64,000 bases of DNA from Dictyostelium discoideum (taxonomy: Eukaryota), in NCBI GenBank assembly GCA_000004695.1, contig CM000155.2, positions 1,568,001 to 1,632,000 of the forward strand, written 5' to 3'. The notes below the pieces were generated by a model. That model was given only the letters and a program-made list of their open reading frames with translations, had not been told where the DNA came from and did not search any database. The translations under genes and the position numbers were made by a program. This document shows positions 1 to 13,060 of this stretch, one piece after another. Position 1 is the first letter of the stretch. The number at the start of each line of letters is the position of its first letter.

Positions 1-48
1 ACAAAAAATAAATAATAATAAATAATTATAAATAATTTATAATAATAA

Positions 49-540
49 TTACATATAAATTTTAATTAACGATTCAACTAATTTAATATTATTAATTATT
101 AATAATGGTGAAGTTTGCATTAAAATAACCATAAAATCAATAATTGATTTAATTGAAGATTGTGAGAAACCTGATCTATTTATATCCACTGTTACTAAAT
201 GTTGAATGAATTGAGTTGAATATGATTCAATAGTATCTTCATAAATTTGTAAAAGTGATGTAAATGATCTTAATACTTCAAATTTCATATCTTCATCAAA
301 ACTTTCTAAAAAATGTGGAAATAATAAATTCTCAATAATATCTTTTAAATAAACTGTGAATGAATTACTATGTTTAACATATCTTGATAACTTTATAAAC
401 AATAGTTTTATTAATATAAATTTTACATTAAAAATGAAATAAAATAAAATAAAATTAAATAAAAAATACTTTACATTTCCTAAAATTATTAAAGATTTTT
501 TATATAATTCAACATCTGATTTTAAAGTTTCAGATGTTTG

Positions 541-615
<75 letters not shown>

Positions 616-816
616 AATTTGTTCAGATTTTATTTTAAGTACAAATATGAATCTATTTATATTATCATTTGTTGATTGTTCAGTTTCACAAAAGTTTTTT
701 AAAAAGTAACTAACAATAGTTGTTGCATCTGTAATTTGAATTGCTTTAAAAAAACTTTCAAATGCTTCACTAATATCTGTTGGTATTGGTTCATTTATTT
801 TTGATTGAGATTCCAT
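49..816 (-). CDS. hypothetical Ser-rich protein of unknown function, probably 2 exons (about 816..475 and 390..49)
   Basis: ATG at 816-814, TAA at 51-49 (ORF track). The F/L/I/K-rich segment ...GNVKYFLFNFILFYFIFNVKFILIKLLFIK... is the translation of an AT-rich stretch bounded by a GTAAAG donor (about 474-469) and an AG acceptor (392-391). Removing it keeps frame (…LIILGN|LSRYVKH…). The poly-Ser tract is encoded by (GAT)24 at 542-613. No family recognised. Confidence 0.55.
542..613. repeat. (GAT)24 microsatellite, coding (poly-Ser on minus strand)
   Basis: Perfect trinucleotide run seen directly in sequence. Confidence 0.95.
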
Positions 817-1053
817 TTATTTTATTTTGTTTGATTAATTTTAATCAAATTAAATGTTTGAAAAAAAAAAAAAAAAAAAGAAAATAAAAAAAAAAAAAAA
901 AAAAAAACGACCTTTTTTTTCGTTTTTTATTTTATTTTGGCCCAAAAAAACTATTTTTAAATTATAAAGAAAAAAAATTATTATTATTTTAATAAAATAA
1001 ACTTTTTTTTTTTAAAATTTAATTTAAAACCAAAAAATCTATTTTTAAAACTA

Positions 1054-1086
<33 letters not shown>

Positions 1087-1200
1087 ATTATCATTATTAT
1101 TTGTTTATTTTTTTTTTATTTTATTTTATTTTTTTTTATTTAGTAATAAAATATAATTTATATTATAATATACTTTTTTTTTATTTTTTTTTTTTATTAT

Positions 1201-3104
1201 TTAATATTTAAAAGAAGGTGTTTTAAGATAATGAGGATTAAAGAAATCTCTAGCATTTAAAGTTTTTTTATCATTTCCAACGACTTTACTGGAAACGGAT
1301 GACCAAACTTCAATTTCCAAAACTTTAAATTCTTGACTATGAGCTAAAACATCATTATCAAAGGTATTGCATTTAACTGAACTACCATAATAAAGATCTT
1401 CATCAATCCATAACCCAAAAGCAGCCGATGAATCACCAGTACCCAACGAGATACAACCATTTGAAAACATGAAATTATCATTCTTTCTTGTCCAAGAGAA
1501 TTTCTTTCTCTCTATGGTGGTTTGTTGTCCATTATTATTACCAGTACAAAATTTAAATAAAAATGTTTCACCACTTCCATAATGAACTTTTTGATCTTGT
1601 TGCCATGGATCCGATGTGTAGGCACCAAATATGGTTTTACAATCATCTTTTATAACTAAAATACAAGGTGATCTTTGTTGAACTTTTGAGAAAAACGTTC
1701 TAATACTAATACCATGCTTCAAAGTACTATAAACCAATTCAAATGGTTCATCAACTAAACGAGCTGGTAAAAAACTTTGTAACCATAACATATCATCAAC
1801 TTTTAATAAATCTGATTTACCTTGAAAATGAATCGATGTTGGTGTATTTGTCGTTTTATAATTATCTAATGATGTTGTAAATGCACTATTATGACCACCA
1901 CCATGTTGATTAGTTGTTGTTGCTGCTGTTGTTGTTGTTGTTGTTGTTAAATTTTCTTCTTCATCATCATCATCAATAAAATAAAAATTATTTTCATTCA
2001 AGTCTTTATTATTTGTACTTAAATCAATAGTTTCATGTGTTTGTTGAATCTTTTTTAAATTTCTATATACAGTATTATCACTAAGTAAATTCTTATCAAT
2101 TGAATTATTTAATAATAAATTTGTTACTTTTCTATTTTGTAATTGAAGTTGTGGTTGTTGTAATAATTGTGATTTATTTTGATTATTATTATTATTTTGA
2201 TTATTATTATTATTTTGATTATTATTATTATTATTATTATTATTACTAAAATTATTAAAATTATTTTGTTGTTGTTGTTGTTGTTGTTGATTTAAATCAA
2301 TTGAAGAAAGTGTTGAATTAATTTCATCAATAACATCAATTGAAGGATCATCATAACCTAATAAAGCAATATCTTGACTTTCTGTAATCATTCTTGCTAT
2401 ATTTTTTGTAATACCTTCAATACTATAGTATTAAAAAATAAAAAATAAAATTAGATTTATAAAAAAGAAAATTGAAGAAAAAAAAAATTGAAAAAAAAAC
2501 TTACTCTGATTTTGGTAAATATAAAGAATATTGATTATTTGATTTTTCACCTTGAGAAGCTAATTTTAATTCCCAAAAGTTCTCAATTAAAGTCGATGCT
2601 GTATATCTACATTCAAATATTGAAATTAAATCAATAGAGAAACTTAGGTCATCCTGTTTGGTATTATTTGTACATGGATGAGAATCATTTTTACAATTGT
2701 CACTATTTTGATTTTGATTTGCAATTTGAATGAATGAAAATTTCTTTAGGTTAAAATAGATTTCACCTTCAAATATAGTATCGGGAGTTGGTTGATAATA
2801 AGCCGTAGGTATATGAGTTCTTTCAGAGTTTTCTAATCTAGTCTCAATTTTATGTTGCATTTTTGCTTTATCTGTTATCGATTTAATTGTTGCTTCAATG
2901 GTTTTAATCTTTTCTCTTTGTACTTCTGGTGAATCTGATGGTGAATATCCCATTAATACCCAGGATCCTTTAATCTTTACAATACGTAATACAAATGATC
3001 CTAAATTTTTTTTACTATTTCTTGGTGATATTGAAACTCCTTCTTCCATTAAATTTGTTATATTTCCATTATTTCCATTATTTCCATTATTTGAATTATT
3101 ATTA

Positions 3105-3136
<32 letters not shown>

Positions 3137-4157
3137 GTTGTTGTTGTTATTATTATTATTATTATTATTGTTATTATTATTTATTTCAAATTGTAATTGA
3201 TTACTATTAGTTATACTATTTGACATATAACCTGAATGTATATCTTTAATTTCTGTAAGATCACATGATTCAACTTGTTGAATAGTTTGTGATCTAGTGT
3301 CAAATAATACAATGAATGCTGATTTATCAGATACCAATAATGCAACTGGACTAGATGTAAAGGTTTTAATCATTTTTGGTTGTAATATAGTATTAAATGT
3401 TACTAATACTAATGAATATCCAATTATAAAATGTTGATCATCAGGTATAACCTCTTTACATTTATTAATATCTGCTTCACCCTAAATAATATTAAAAAAA
3501 AAAATAAAAAAAAAATAAAAAATATAAAAAAAAAAAGTGTAAATATTTAGGAATATTATTCATAACTTGTGTATTTTATATTATATATAATACATACCAA
3601 TATTCCAACCATTCTACTATCTAATCTATGAAGCAAATTAGAATTTGGAATTTGGGTGGTTGTTAAATTAAAATAATCGTCTATTTTTAAATCTTGAGGA
3701 GTATGTGCTCTTACTCCTTCTTTTGATTGATTTAGTTTGTTTATTATTGCTGTATTTGGTATTGAAGTTGTTGGTGTTGTCGAAATAGTAGAAACCGAGC
3801 TATTACTATCTTCTATGTTACTATTATCACTACTACTACTGCTATTGCTACTACTATCAGTATTATTGTTATTGTTATTAGTTTTATTGTCTTGTGTTGT
3901 TGTCGTTATATTTTCTGCCTCTGTTGATGTTGACGCAAAACTATTATTATTATTATCAAAACTAGAATTTAATGAACCAGATGACTTTTTCCTTTTAAAA
4001 TATCTAAATATTGAAGAGAATGAATTTGTCGCAGGTATATGTGCTGCGTTTGTTATTGATGTTTTTTTAACTACGATATTATTATAATTTTGGTTGTTAT
4101 TATTATTATTATTATAGCTTATATGATTTTGATGATTATTAATGTTATGTTTTCCTT
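1201..4157 (-). CDS. TLDc-domain protein (Oxr1/NCOA7/TBC1D24-like C-terminal domain), N/Q-rich; exons approx 4157..3598, 3481..2505, 2392..1201; start codon not in the first visible exon
   Basis: C-terminal exon translates to a TLDc-like domain (LPARLVDEPFELVYSTLKHGISIRTFF…GLWIDEDLYYGSSVKCNTFDNDVL). The ORFs 1201..2391 and 2501..3373 are joined by a GTAAGT donor (2504-2499) and a cAAG acceptor (2394-2393) in phase 2. The upstream exon is joined by a GTATGT donor (3597-3592) and a tttAG acceptor (3483-3482) in phase 0. A long open low-complexity frame, 3598-4157, has no ATG. It opens right after a TAA at 4161-4159, so a further 5' exon is implied. Confidence 0.65.
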
Positions 4158-4531
4158 CTTATTTTTGTTTTGTTTTTTTTTTTAATTTAAAGAAAGTAAA
4201 AAAAATGAAAAATAAAAAAAAAATTTTAATAGAGAAAAAAAAAAAAAAAATAAATAAATAATAAATAAAAAAAAATTTTAAAAAAAAATTAAAAAAAATT
4301 AAAAAAAAGGTTGAAAAGTTTTAATATTAATAAAACTTTTTAAATATTTTTTTTTTTTATTTATTTATAGGTAGGAAATTTTTATATGAAGTAATTTATT
4401 TATTACTGGTTTGATTTTGATTGATGAGGAAAAAATTTTGTTTTTTTACTTTTATTATTTATTTCGTTAGGGAGGCTCATTATTTTTTGAAAAAAATATT
4501 TTTTTTTTTGAAATTTTGTATCCTGGGTATG

Positions 4532-4576
<45 letters not shown>

Positions 4577-5142
4577 AAATAAAATATTTTTTTAAAAAAA
4601 AAAAAGTGATACCTCTGTATTGTGTTTTAAAAAAGCAATTGTTTTTTTTTTTATCTCGATTATTAAAGAGTTGAATAATGATTAAAAAAAAAAATAATAT
4701 TTTTAATAAATAATAGAAAATGAAAAAAATGTGGAAAAAAAAATTATATATATATATATAAATTATTAATTATTTAATTATTATTATTATTATAATTATT
4801 TATATGAGAGATAACATCCAAAAAAAAAAAAAAAAAAAAATTGGAAGTTTTATAAATATTAATGTATATATATTGATAAATTAAATTTAATAATGCTCTG
4901 ATTTATTTTTTTTTTATTATTTTTTTTTAAGGTCCAGAAGTCTGAAATTAATTTATTAAAACGTGGCTCTCGGGGTCAATAATTAAAAATTGTGATTGAA
5001 ATTTATGTGGTGAAGTTTTTGATTTTATTTTGTAACCTCTTTTTATCATTATTATTATTATTATTTTTTATTTTTTATTTCTTATTTTTAATTTTTTATT
5101 TTTTTATTTTTATTATTGTGCTATCTTACAATTATTTATTTT

Positions 5143-5144
5143 TT

Positions 5145-5223
<79 letters not shown>

Positions 5224-5224
5224 T
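5143..5224. repeat. (ATTT)n microsatellite, about 20 copies, intergenic
   Basis: Perfect tetranucleotide run. Confidence 0.95.
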
Positions 5225-5355
5225 TCATTTATTTCGCACTTTTCTTTTTTATTCTATATATTATTATTATTATTTTTTTTTTTTAGGAAGTGTGAAAAAA
5301 AAAATTGTTAAAAAGGAACTTGGAATAAACTGTGAATTAAAACTTTTAAGCGATG

Positions 5356-5388
<33 letters not shown>

Positions 5389-6060
5389 CAAACAATTAAA
5401 AAATTAAAAAAAAAAACAAAAACAAAAAATAAAAAAGAAAAATAAAAAAAAAATAAAAAATAATTAAAATGTGGTAAATTTATTCCCACAATATCTCTTT
5501 TTTTTTATTTTTTTTATTTTATTTTATTTTATTTAATTTTATTTTTGTTTAATTTAAACTGTTTAATATTTTTTCATTGAATAAAAACTAACACTCGGCA
5601 CTCCGACTATAATTAATATTATTTCATTTTAATGGCGATTTCCAAAGAATATTAATTCTTTTTTTTTTTATTGTAATATATTACTTAAAAATTATTACTT
5701 GGATAGTAAATAAAATATCAAAAGAGGAGGCAAAACTCGATTATTGCCATATATATATTTTTTTCTAAAAAAAATGATACTAAAAAAAAGAAATAAATAG
5801 GTTTTTTTTTTTTTTTTGGTAAAAAAAACATTTGAAATTAGTAGAAAATATTTTACTTTATCTTTAATTCTATTTTAAGATTCAGCAGATATATGGTTCA
5901 TCAAAAACATAAATACAACAAAATATAACACCCTGTTTTTTTTTTTTTTTATTTTTTTTATTTTTTTTATTTTTTTTTTTTACTGATTAAGTTTTCAGAT
6001 ATTATTGTTTTATTTTTTTTTTTTTTTTTATTTTTTTTTTTTTTTAAAAAATTTTCCTTT

Positions 6061-6486
6061 TTAATCAAAATCTTCGTCCTCAACATTTGGTTTCTTTGAA
6101 TTTAAATTATTTAAAATGTGTGAAATACTATTATTGGAATTGCTATTATTTGTATTTAGTATTGGTGGTACAGAAGAAAATGATGGTAAAGTCGATGATG
6201 AATTTGTTGATGAAAGGGATGGCAAAACAATACCATTTCCATTATTATCATTATTATTATTAGGATTATTAGGATTATAATTATTATTATCATTAAAATT
6301 ACTATTATTATTTGAAAATGTAAATGAATTAAATCCATTATCTTTATTATCGATGCTATTATTACTGCTATTCATTATACTGTTTATATTACTTTTATTT
6401 ATATTATGATTGGAATCTTCCTCATCAAAGTTTGTATTAATTTTTCTATTACTATTGTTATTATTCAAATTTCCAAGTATATGTTC

Positions 6487-6540
<54 letters not shown>

Positions 6541-6687
6541 GCTGCTATTATTATTATTGCTATTATTCAAAACTGGTAATGAAATTGGTGCCAAAGGTTG
6601 ATATTGATTTGATGGTAAAGTTATGGTCGACGCTGTAGATGATGATAAAAATTGTTGTCCTCTGTTATTATTATTGCTATTATTGCT

Positions 6688-6742
<55 letters not shown>

Positions 6743-6929
6743 TCATCTTCATTACTATTGTAGTTGTTATTATTGAAATTATTGTTGTTAAAATTGTTAT
6801 TATTATTATTACTATTGTTGTTGAAGTTATTATTGTTATTATTATTGTTGAAGTTATTATTGTTGAAATTATTATTATTGTTGAAATTATTATTATTATT
6901 GTTGAAATTATTATTATTGTTGAAATTAC

Positions 6930-6966
<37 letters not shown>

Positions 6967-7428
6967 GTTATTATTATTATTTAAAGGTGGGGATTGAATT
7001 GAACCAGCAGATGAAGATAAAAATGGACTTGATTTTGGAGATGTTGTATTTGATTTTCTTGCTGATGGTTTTTTTAAAGATGTTGATTGAATATCTTTTG
7101 GGGAATTTGCAAAGTTTGGTGTTGGTGTTGGTGTTGGTGTTGTTGTTGCGGTGGTTGTTGTGATTGTTGTATTTTTTAAAACAGGTGATGTTTCAGATTT
7201 AACTTTTCTGGTTGAAGCTCCTCCTCTTGCTCCTCCTCTACCACCTCTACTACCTTTGCCACCTCTGCTACCCTTTCCTCCTTTTTTAGGTGCTTCTTCC
7301 TCTTCTTCATCACTATCATCATCATCCTCATCTTCTTCTTCCTCCTCTTCTTCACCCATATCCATTTCTTCCTCCTCTTCTTCCTCTTCTTCACCTCCAT
7401 CTTCACCTTCAGTTTTCCTAAAAAAAAA

Positions 7429-7460
<32 letters not shown>

Positions 7461-7762
7461 TATATTAATATATATTAATATATATATATTGAATCTAATC
7501 TATTAAATCCAATGTTAAAACTTACTTTGGTCTACCTCTTTTCTCATTTTTATCATCTGGAATTCTATCAACAATTTCAGTTAAGAAATCAAATGTTGAT
7601 TCTTGTTTTATACATTCTTTTAAATGATTAACTGATATAACTTTACCTTTCTTTGCTTGTGTTATTTTACATGTTTTCATTACTAAATCTGCCATAAATA
7701 ATTCTAAACATTGAGCTAATAATTATTTGAATAAAAATAAATTAATAAAATTTGTATCTATA

Positions 7763-7796
<34 letters not shown>

Positions 7797-7913
7797 AAGG
7801 TACTTACAAATTAAAATTGGTGTTGCAGATGCAATTTTTCCCACTTCTTCATCTTTTTGCATTATCTTTTTGATTCTTGCCATTGGGAATTTTGTCTTAT
7901 ATTTCTTTTTCAT
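6061..7913 (-). CDS. NC2-alpha / DRAP1 homologue (histone-fold subunit of negative cofactor 2) with very long acidic and poly-Asn C-terminal extension; exons 7913..7808, 7715..7526, 7417..6061
   Basis: Exon 1 is [35 protein letters not shown]. Exon 2 is [64 protein letters not shown]. These match human DRAP1 ([47 protein letters not shown]…), including the following basic/acidic GRK…E-rich tract. Donors GTAAGT at 7807-7802 and 7525-7520. Acceptors tAG at 7717-7716 and 7419-7418. Phases 1 and 2 reconcile. Total 1653 nt, 550 aa. Confidence 0.85.
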
Positions 7914-8231
7914 TTTTTAATTTAAATATAAAATATTTTATCAAATATATAAAGAAAAAAAATTGGATATGAATATTTTCAATTATTTTTTTTTAATTTT
8001 ATTTTTTTTTTATTTTTTTTTTTTTTAATGAATTTGGAGTTGCAACCTTTTTAAATAAAAATAAAAAAAAAATAAAAAAAAAAAAATAAAAAAAAAAAAA
8101 AATAAAAAAAAATAAAAATTTTCAAATTCAACAGCAAAAAAAAAAAAAATTAAATATGTAAAAAGAAAAAAAATAAAAAAAATATAAAAAAAGTTCTAAA
8201 AATAACCAATTTTATTTATTTATTATTGTAA

Positions 8232-8273
<42 letters not shown>
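8232..8273. repeat. (AAAT)n microsatellite, intergenic
   Basis: ataaataaataaat… run. Confidence 0.9.
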
Positions 8274-8275
<2 letters not shown>

Positions 8276-8373
8276 AATTTATTTAGTTATTATTTTTTTT
8301 ATTTTTTAATGAAAAAAAAAAAAAAAATTAATATTTATTTTTATTTTTATTTTTATTTTATTTTTTAATTTTA

Positions 8374-10657
8374 TTAAAGAGCATTAAAATAAAATTGATG
8401 ACCTTGATCTTGTTTCATTTTAATATCTTGTTGTTTTTCACGTCTATATAAACCGAAACTTATTGCTGATAATAAAATGATAGCAGCAAAGAAAGCGATT
8501 AAAACCCAAAAGAAAATACCAGAAGGGTTAATGTATAATTCTAAAGTCCAACCCGTTGGATTTGATGGTTTGTATGGAATTGCTACGACTTGAGAGTTTG
8601 GAATTGTGCCAACCCAATTATTGAAATGTACAGATTGATTCAATGGCATACCAAAGAATAATTGATCAACATAATTACTAGTTCTACCCAACCCAAATAG
8701 ATTATAAGGTGTTTGCAATGACATATAACTACTAGAATACATTTGTGCACCAATTTGAATATGAGTATTACCAGATAAATCGGTATAAGTGAATTTAAAA
8801 GTGCCACCAGGGAAATTTACACCATAAGGTTTTGGAGAAGGGAATTTATCACCAGTTGGACACATTGTAGTGCAAACACCATTCAATCCCAAAGTTTTGA
8901 AAAAGAAAGCATCGTTATAGAAATTATTGAAAACTGCAGTCACCGATTCACTACCATTAACATCTCTTGATAATACTAAAATATCAGCGATACCATTCTC
9001 ACCAAAATCAACAAATACAGCACTATGTGCATTTGGTACCATTGTCAATGCATCAGTTCCATCGATTACCTTTGAAAATGAACGTCCATTCTGTCCATTA
9101 CTACAAACATTTGGTGAACATTCAACATTTTCCCATAATTCAACATGTGGTCCTGCTTCTAAATTTAATGGATCAATTAATGATATTAAAATATCTGGAA
9201 ATCCATCAATATTATAATCACCTGAATGTATAATTAATGGTATACCATTTTCAAAATCACTATAAAATATACTACCATTAAATTGATCATTTGATAATAC
9301 AATTGTAACCTTTAAAAAAAAAAAAAAAAAATTAATATTATAAATTATTATTATTATTTATTATTTTAAAATATAATATAATATACATACACCATCTGTA
9401 TCATTTAATGTATTTGAAAAACTAAAAGTACCATCAGTTGAACATAATGCATTTTGTGGTATACAAGATGCACTACTAAATAATGAACTTGAACAAACTG
9501 GTTTTTGTGTATTTGATACAATATAAATTTCATTTATAAATGTTGTTTGATTAATTGTATTTAAAACTGGATAAATCATATCTAAATCTCCATCATTATC
9601 TATAAAAAAATATTATAATATTTATTATTAATATATATATGTATATATATATATAAATAATTATATATATATTTTAATATTTACCAAAATCAGCAAAAGT
9701 AATTTGACCAGTACCAGGTGGAAAATTTAAAGTTGTAACTAAACTATAACCTAAATCTTTATTATTAATCCAAATTTCACCAATTATAGAATCATCATCA
9801 TCTAATGATTTTGAAGTGATAAAGAGATCAGCTAAACAATCACCATTTAAATCTATAAAAGAGTTACTATGTGGTGAAGATATTTGAGCACCTAATTGAT
9901 TTGGGTTGATTTGTGGTGCATTCATGGAGTAGAATAAAGCATCATCATCACTACCATCATTGTTTATCCATAGCGTTCTCTCACCAGTACTAGCACTGAT
10001 TCCAAACATGTCCAAATGTAAATCACCATTTGCATCAAATACTAAAACCTGGTCGGTTGGTACCACTCTATTGTTAGCGTTACCACCATAGATTGAAATT
10101 GGTTCGTCTATACTCGTATAATGACCTTGACATAAACTCATGTAATTCTCTTCACTATATCCAACGATTGTGCCATTCTCAGTCGTATTGGCTACTCTAT
10201 ATTGTATTAAAATATCCAATGATCCATCATATGTAAAATCACCACCTACAACATTATTAATTCTATTTCCTTCACCTAAATGAACTATTATATCTGATGC
10301 GTCATATTTCCAACTTTCAACATTCCATAAAAATACCTGTAATGTTGATTTATTCTCATATAAAAAAAAAGTATCTAAACTAAATAAATTAAAAAATATT
10401 AATAAATAATAAATAAATAATAAATAATATAATAATAATACTTACTATTTATCAGCATTAAAATCACCAAATGCCATAACTGTACCATTATAACCACTAA
10501 AGCCAATATCATCTATTGAATATAATTTTGAACTTGAAAATTTTGGGGCATTTGTGAATACAGGCTTCCAAAAATCACTAAAGAAATCTGCATTTACTAT
10601 ATTTATATTTATTATACAAACTATATATAATAAAACTATCAATATTATTGGTTTCAT
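8374..10657 (-). CDS. ITFG1/TIP-like FG-GAP repeat type-I membrane protein; exons 10657..10446, 10313 (alt 10336)..9685, 9599..9391, 9309..8374
   Basis: N-terminal signal peptide MKPIILIVLLYIVCIININIVNA. Repeated FG-GAP motifs (FGDFNADK, DANGDLHLDMF, DLNGDCLADLF, DFGDNDGDLDMIY, GDYNIDGFPDILI, VDFGENGIADILV). C-terminal TM segment. The tail …HQFYFNAL resembles human ITFG1 …HRFHFDAM. Donors GTAAGT (10445-10440), GTAAAT (9684-9679), GTATGT (9390-9385). Acceptors at 9601-9600 and 9311-9310. The exon-2 acceptor is ambiguous between 10315-10314 (phase-consistent) and 10338-10337. Confidence 0.75.
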
Positions 10658-11393
10658 CTTGAATTTGTATATTATATATATATATTATTTCGATATCGTT
10701 TTAGTTGTGTGTGTATGTATGTGTGTGTGTGATAAGGAGGAGGTCTATATGTATTTTTTTTTATTTTTTTATTTTTTTATTTTTTATTTTTTTATTATTA
10801 AATAATTATTATACAAAATTCCAACGGAGGAATACAATTCTAATAACAAATAAATGTTATTATTTGAGTTAATTTTCTATTTTTTTTTTTTTTAAAAATT
10901 GAATAAAAAAAAAAAAAATAAAAAAAAAAAATAAAATTTTTTAAAAAAAAAAAATTAAAAAATTCTTATTTTTTCGAGTCGTGAAAACTTTTTAAAGTTT
11001 TTAAAGAAATAATTAATTGCTTATTTAAAAATATTCACATGTGAATTTTATTGTTTAGTTTTTTTAGAAATTTTATTTTATTATTTTAAATAAAATAAAA
11101 TTTTATAAAAAAAGAAAAAAAAAAAAAAAAGAAAAACCACACACACAAATTAAAATCGGGACAAGAAAAAAAAAAAAAAAAAAAATATAACATTAAAAAA
11201 AAAAATAAAACAAAAAAACAATTTTTTTATTTTTTTATTTTTTTTTTTTTTCATTTTTATTTTTTTTTTTTTTCGTCGACCCTTTTTTTTTTTTTTTTAT
11301 TTATTTTTTATTTTTTTTTTGAAATCATCTGATTCTCTCTTTTTTAAATTAAAAAAAAAAAAAAACAGATCAAAATAATATATAATTTTAAAA

Positions 11394-12040
11394 ATGAGAG
11401 AAAAATTAAATCTTTTAGCAAAATTAAAGAGTGTTGTATATAAATTTGATCCATTGAATCCAAATACTAGATCAATAAGGTAAATATTTCAATAGTGTTT
11501 CAATTAAATCATAATTATTATTGTTATTATTATTTATATTACATTTTACTAATGCAGATATTTTTTATTTTATTTTTTTTATTTTTTTTATTTTATTTTA
11601 TTTTTTATTTTATTTTTAATTTTTTATAATAATAATAATAATAATAGATCTTTTATTCCATTAACAACATGTAAAAGATCTAGACAATTAGCACCAGAGT
11701 GTAGTATTAGTTTTGACCTTGGTCCACAAAACACATCACCAGTAATTGATATTAAATTTGGTATATATTTACTTCCACTCATACATAAATATAATAATTT
11801 TAGATTACACCATTTCAATATATTAATTAATTATGTATATATATTTTAGTTAATGGAACAGAAAAGAGTATTAAAACAGATACTTTAGAATTAATGTCAA
11901 TTGTTGAATCAATTGAACTTTTAAAGAAAAGTATAAGAATAGAAGAAATTGAAAAGATGAAAACTACTGAAACAACTCTTCAAGATATTTTACAACCAGT
12001 CAACAAAAAGAAAGATACTGGTGCTAAAGCAAACAGATAG
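11394..12040 (+). CDS. mitochondrial ribosomal protein L53-like (MRP-L53 / yeast Mrpl44 family); exons 11394..11479, 11648..11760, 11850..12040
   Basis: Spliced product MREKLNLLAKLKSVVYKFDPLNPNTRSIRSFIPLTTCKRSRQLAPECSISFDLGPQNTSPVIDIKFVNGTEKSIKTDTLELMSIV… aligns with human MRPL53 ([25 protein letters not shown]…[28 protein letters not shown]). Donors GTAAAT (11480) and GTATAT (11761). Acceptors AG at 11646-11647 and 11848-11849. Phases 2 and 1 consistent. TAG at 12038-12040. Confidence 0.65.
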
Positions 12041-12339
12041 ATTAATATAATAAAATAAATATATAATAATAATAATAATAGTAATATAGTAAACAATGGT
12101 GGATACACAAGCATAAACATATAAAAAAAAAAAAAAAAGGATCGAACCTATCAAAAAAAAAAAAAAAAAAAAAAAAAAAAGAAATAAAATTAATTTTAAA
12201 AATCTAGATTTTCTCTTTTATTCAAAATCTTATTAATCAAATATATATCATTATATTCAAAGGTTTTATAATGGTTGATAAAAGTAATAATAGAAATATC
12301 AATTATAAATAGTAATAATGATTTTATTTAATTATAATA

Positions 12340-12371
<32 letters not shown>

Positions 12372-12432
12372 TTTTGACCACCATTTAAATTATTATTGTT
12401 CCATGACTATTTACATTGATTTTTTCTTTTTT

Positions 12433-12469
<37 letters not shown>

Positions 12470-12487
12470 ATGTTTTAAATTAAGAGT

Positions 12488-12620
12488 TTATTCATTTGGA
12501 CCTTGTAATTCTTGTTCCTTTTTTGAATTAAATCTTCTTGATGGTGATGAATAGGATGATGAAGGAGAAATAGAGTTTTGAGAAGTTACTTGTTCATTGG
12601 ATTTTTCTGTTGAACTTCCA

Positions 12621-12658
<38 letters not shown>

Positions 12659-13002
12659 ATTATTATTGTTATTATTATTATTATTATTAATATTATTATT
12701 TTGTTGATGTTTTGGAATTCTATTTGTATTATATGATTGATGATTAAAATCATATTGAGGATAAGTAACATAAATTGCTCTTTGCTGTTGATGTTGTTGA
12801 TGATTTTGTTGGTGATGTTGTTGATGTTGTTGAGGATAATAAGATTGTCTTCCATAGTTTGAATAACCTAATTGTGGGTAAACTGAATTATTTGTGATTA
12901 TTGGATAATAATAAGAGGAGGAGGATGTTTGAATGTTATTATTATTATGTATAGAATTTGAATATGTTGGAGGGATAGAAGAGGAGATTTGAAAATCATT
13001 GA

Positions 13003-13060
<58 letters not shown>

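Noticed and set aside
2898-3210. Plus-strand ORFs 2898..3200 and 2995..3210 (poly-Leu / poly-Tyr peptides)
   Set aside because: Antisense or out-of-frame translation of the (AAT)n poly-Asn tract of the TLDc gene. Pure low-complexity artefacts.
3737-4087. Plus-strand ORF 3737..4087 (poly-Leu)
   Set aside because: Antisense of the open minus-strand exon of the TLDc gene. Composition artefact.
6156-7468. Cluster of overlapping ORFs on both strands (poly-I/L/V/K peptides) inside 6.1-7.5 kb
   Set aside because: All are alternative-frame or antisense readings of the poly-Asn/poly-Glu repeats of the DRAP1 C-terminal exon.
8927-9233. Plus-strand ORFs 8927..9217 and 8967..9233
   Set aside because: Antisense to the well-supported ITFG1-like last exon. 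No independent signals.
9048-10219. ORF-track Met starts at 9048, 10219, and also 33832, 36377, 37550, 50681, 52879, 35194
   Set aside because: The codons at these positions are TTG/GTG, not ATG. They lie inside exons whose frames continue upstream to AG acceptors, so they are not real initiation sites.
11624-11818. Minus ORF 11624..11818
   Set aside because: Overlaps exon 2 and intron of the plus-strand MRP-L53-like gene on the opposite strand. No homology.
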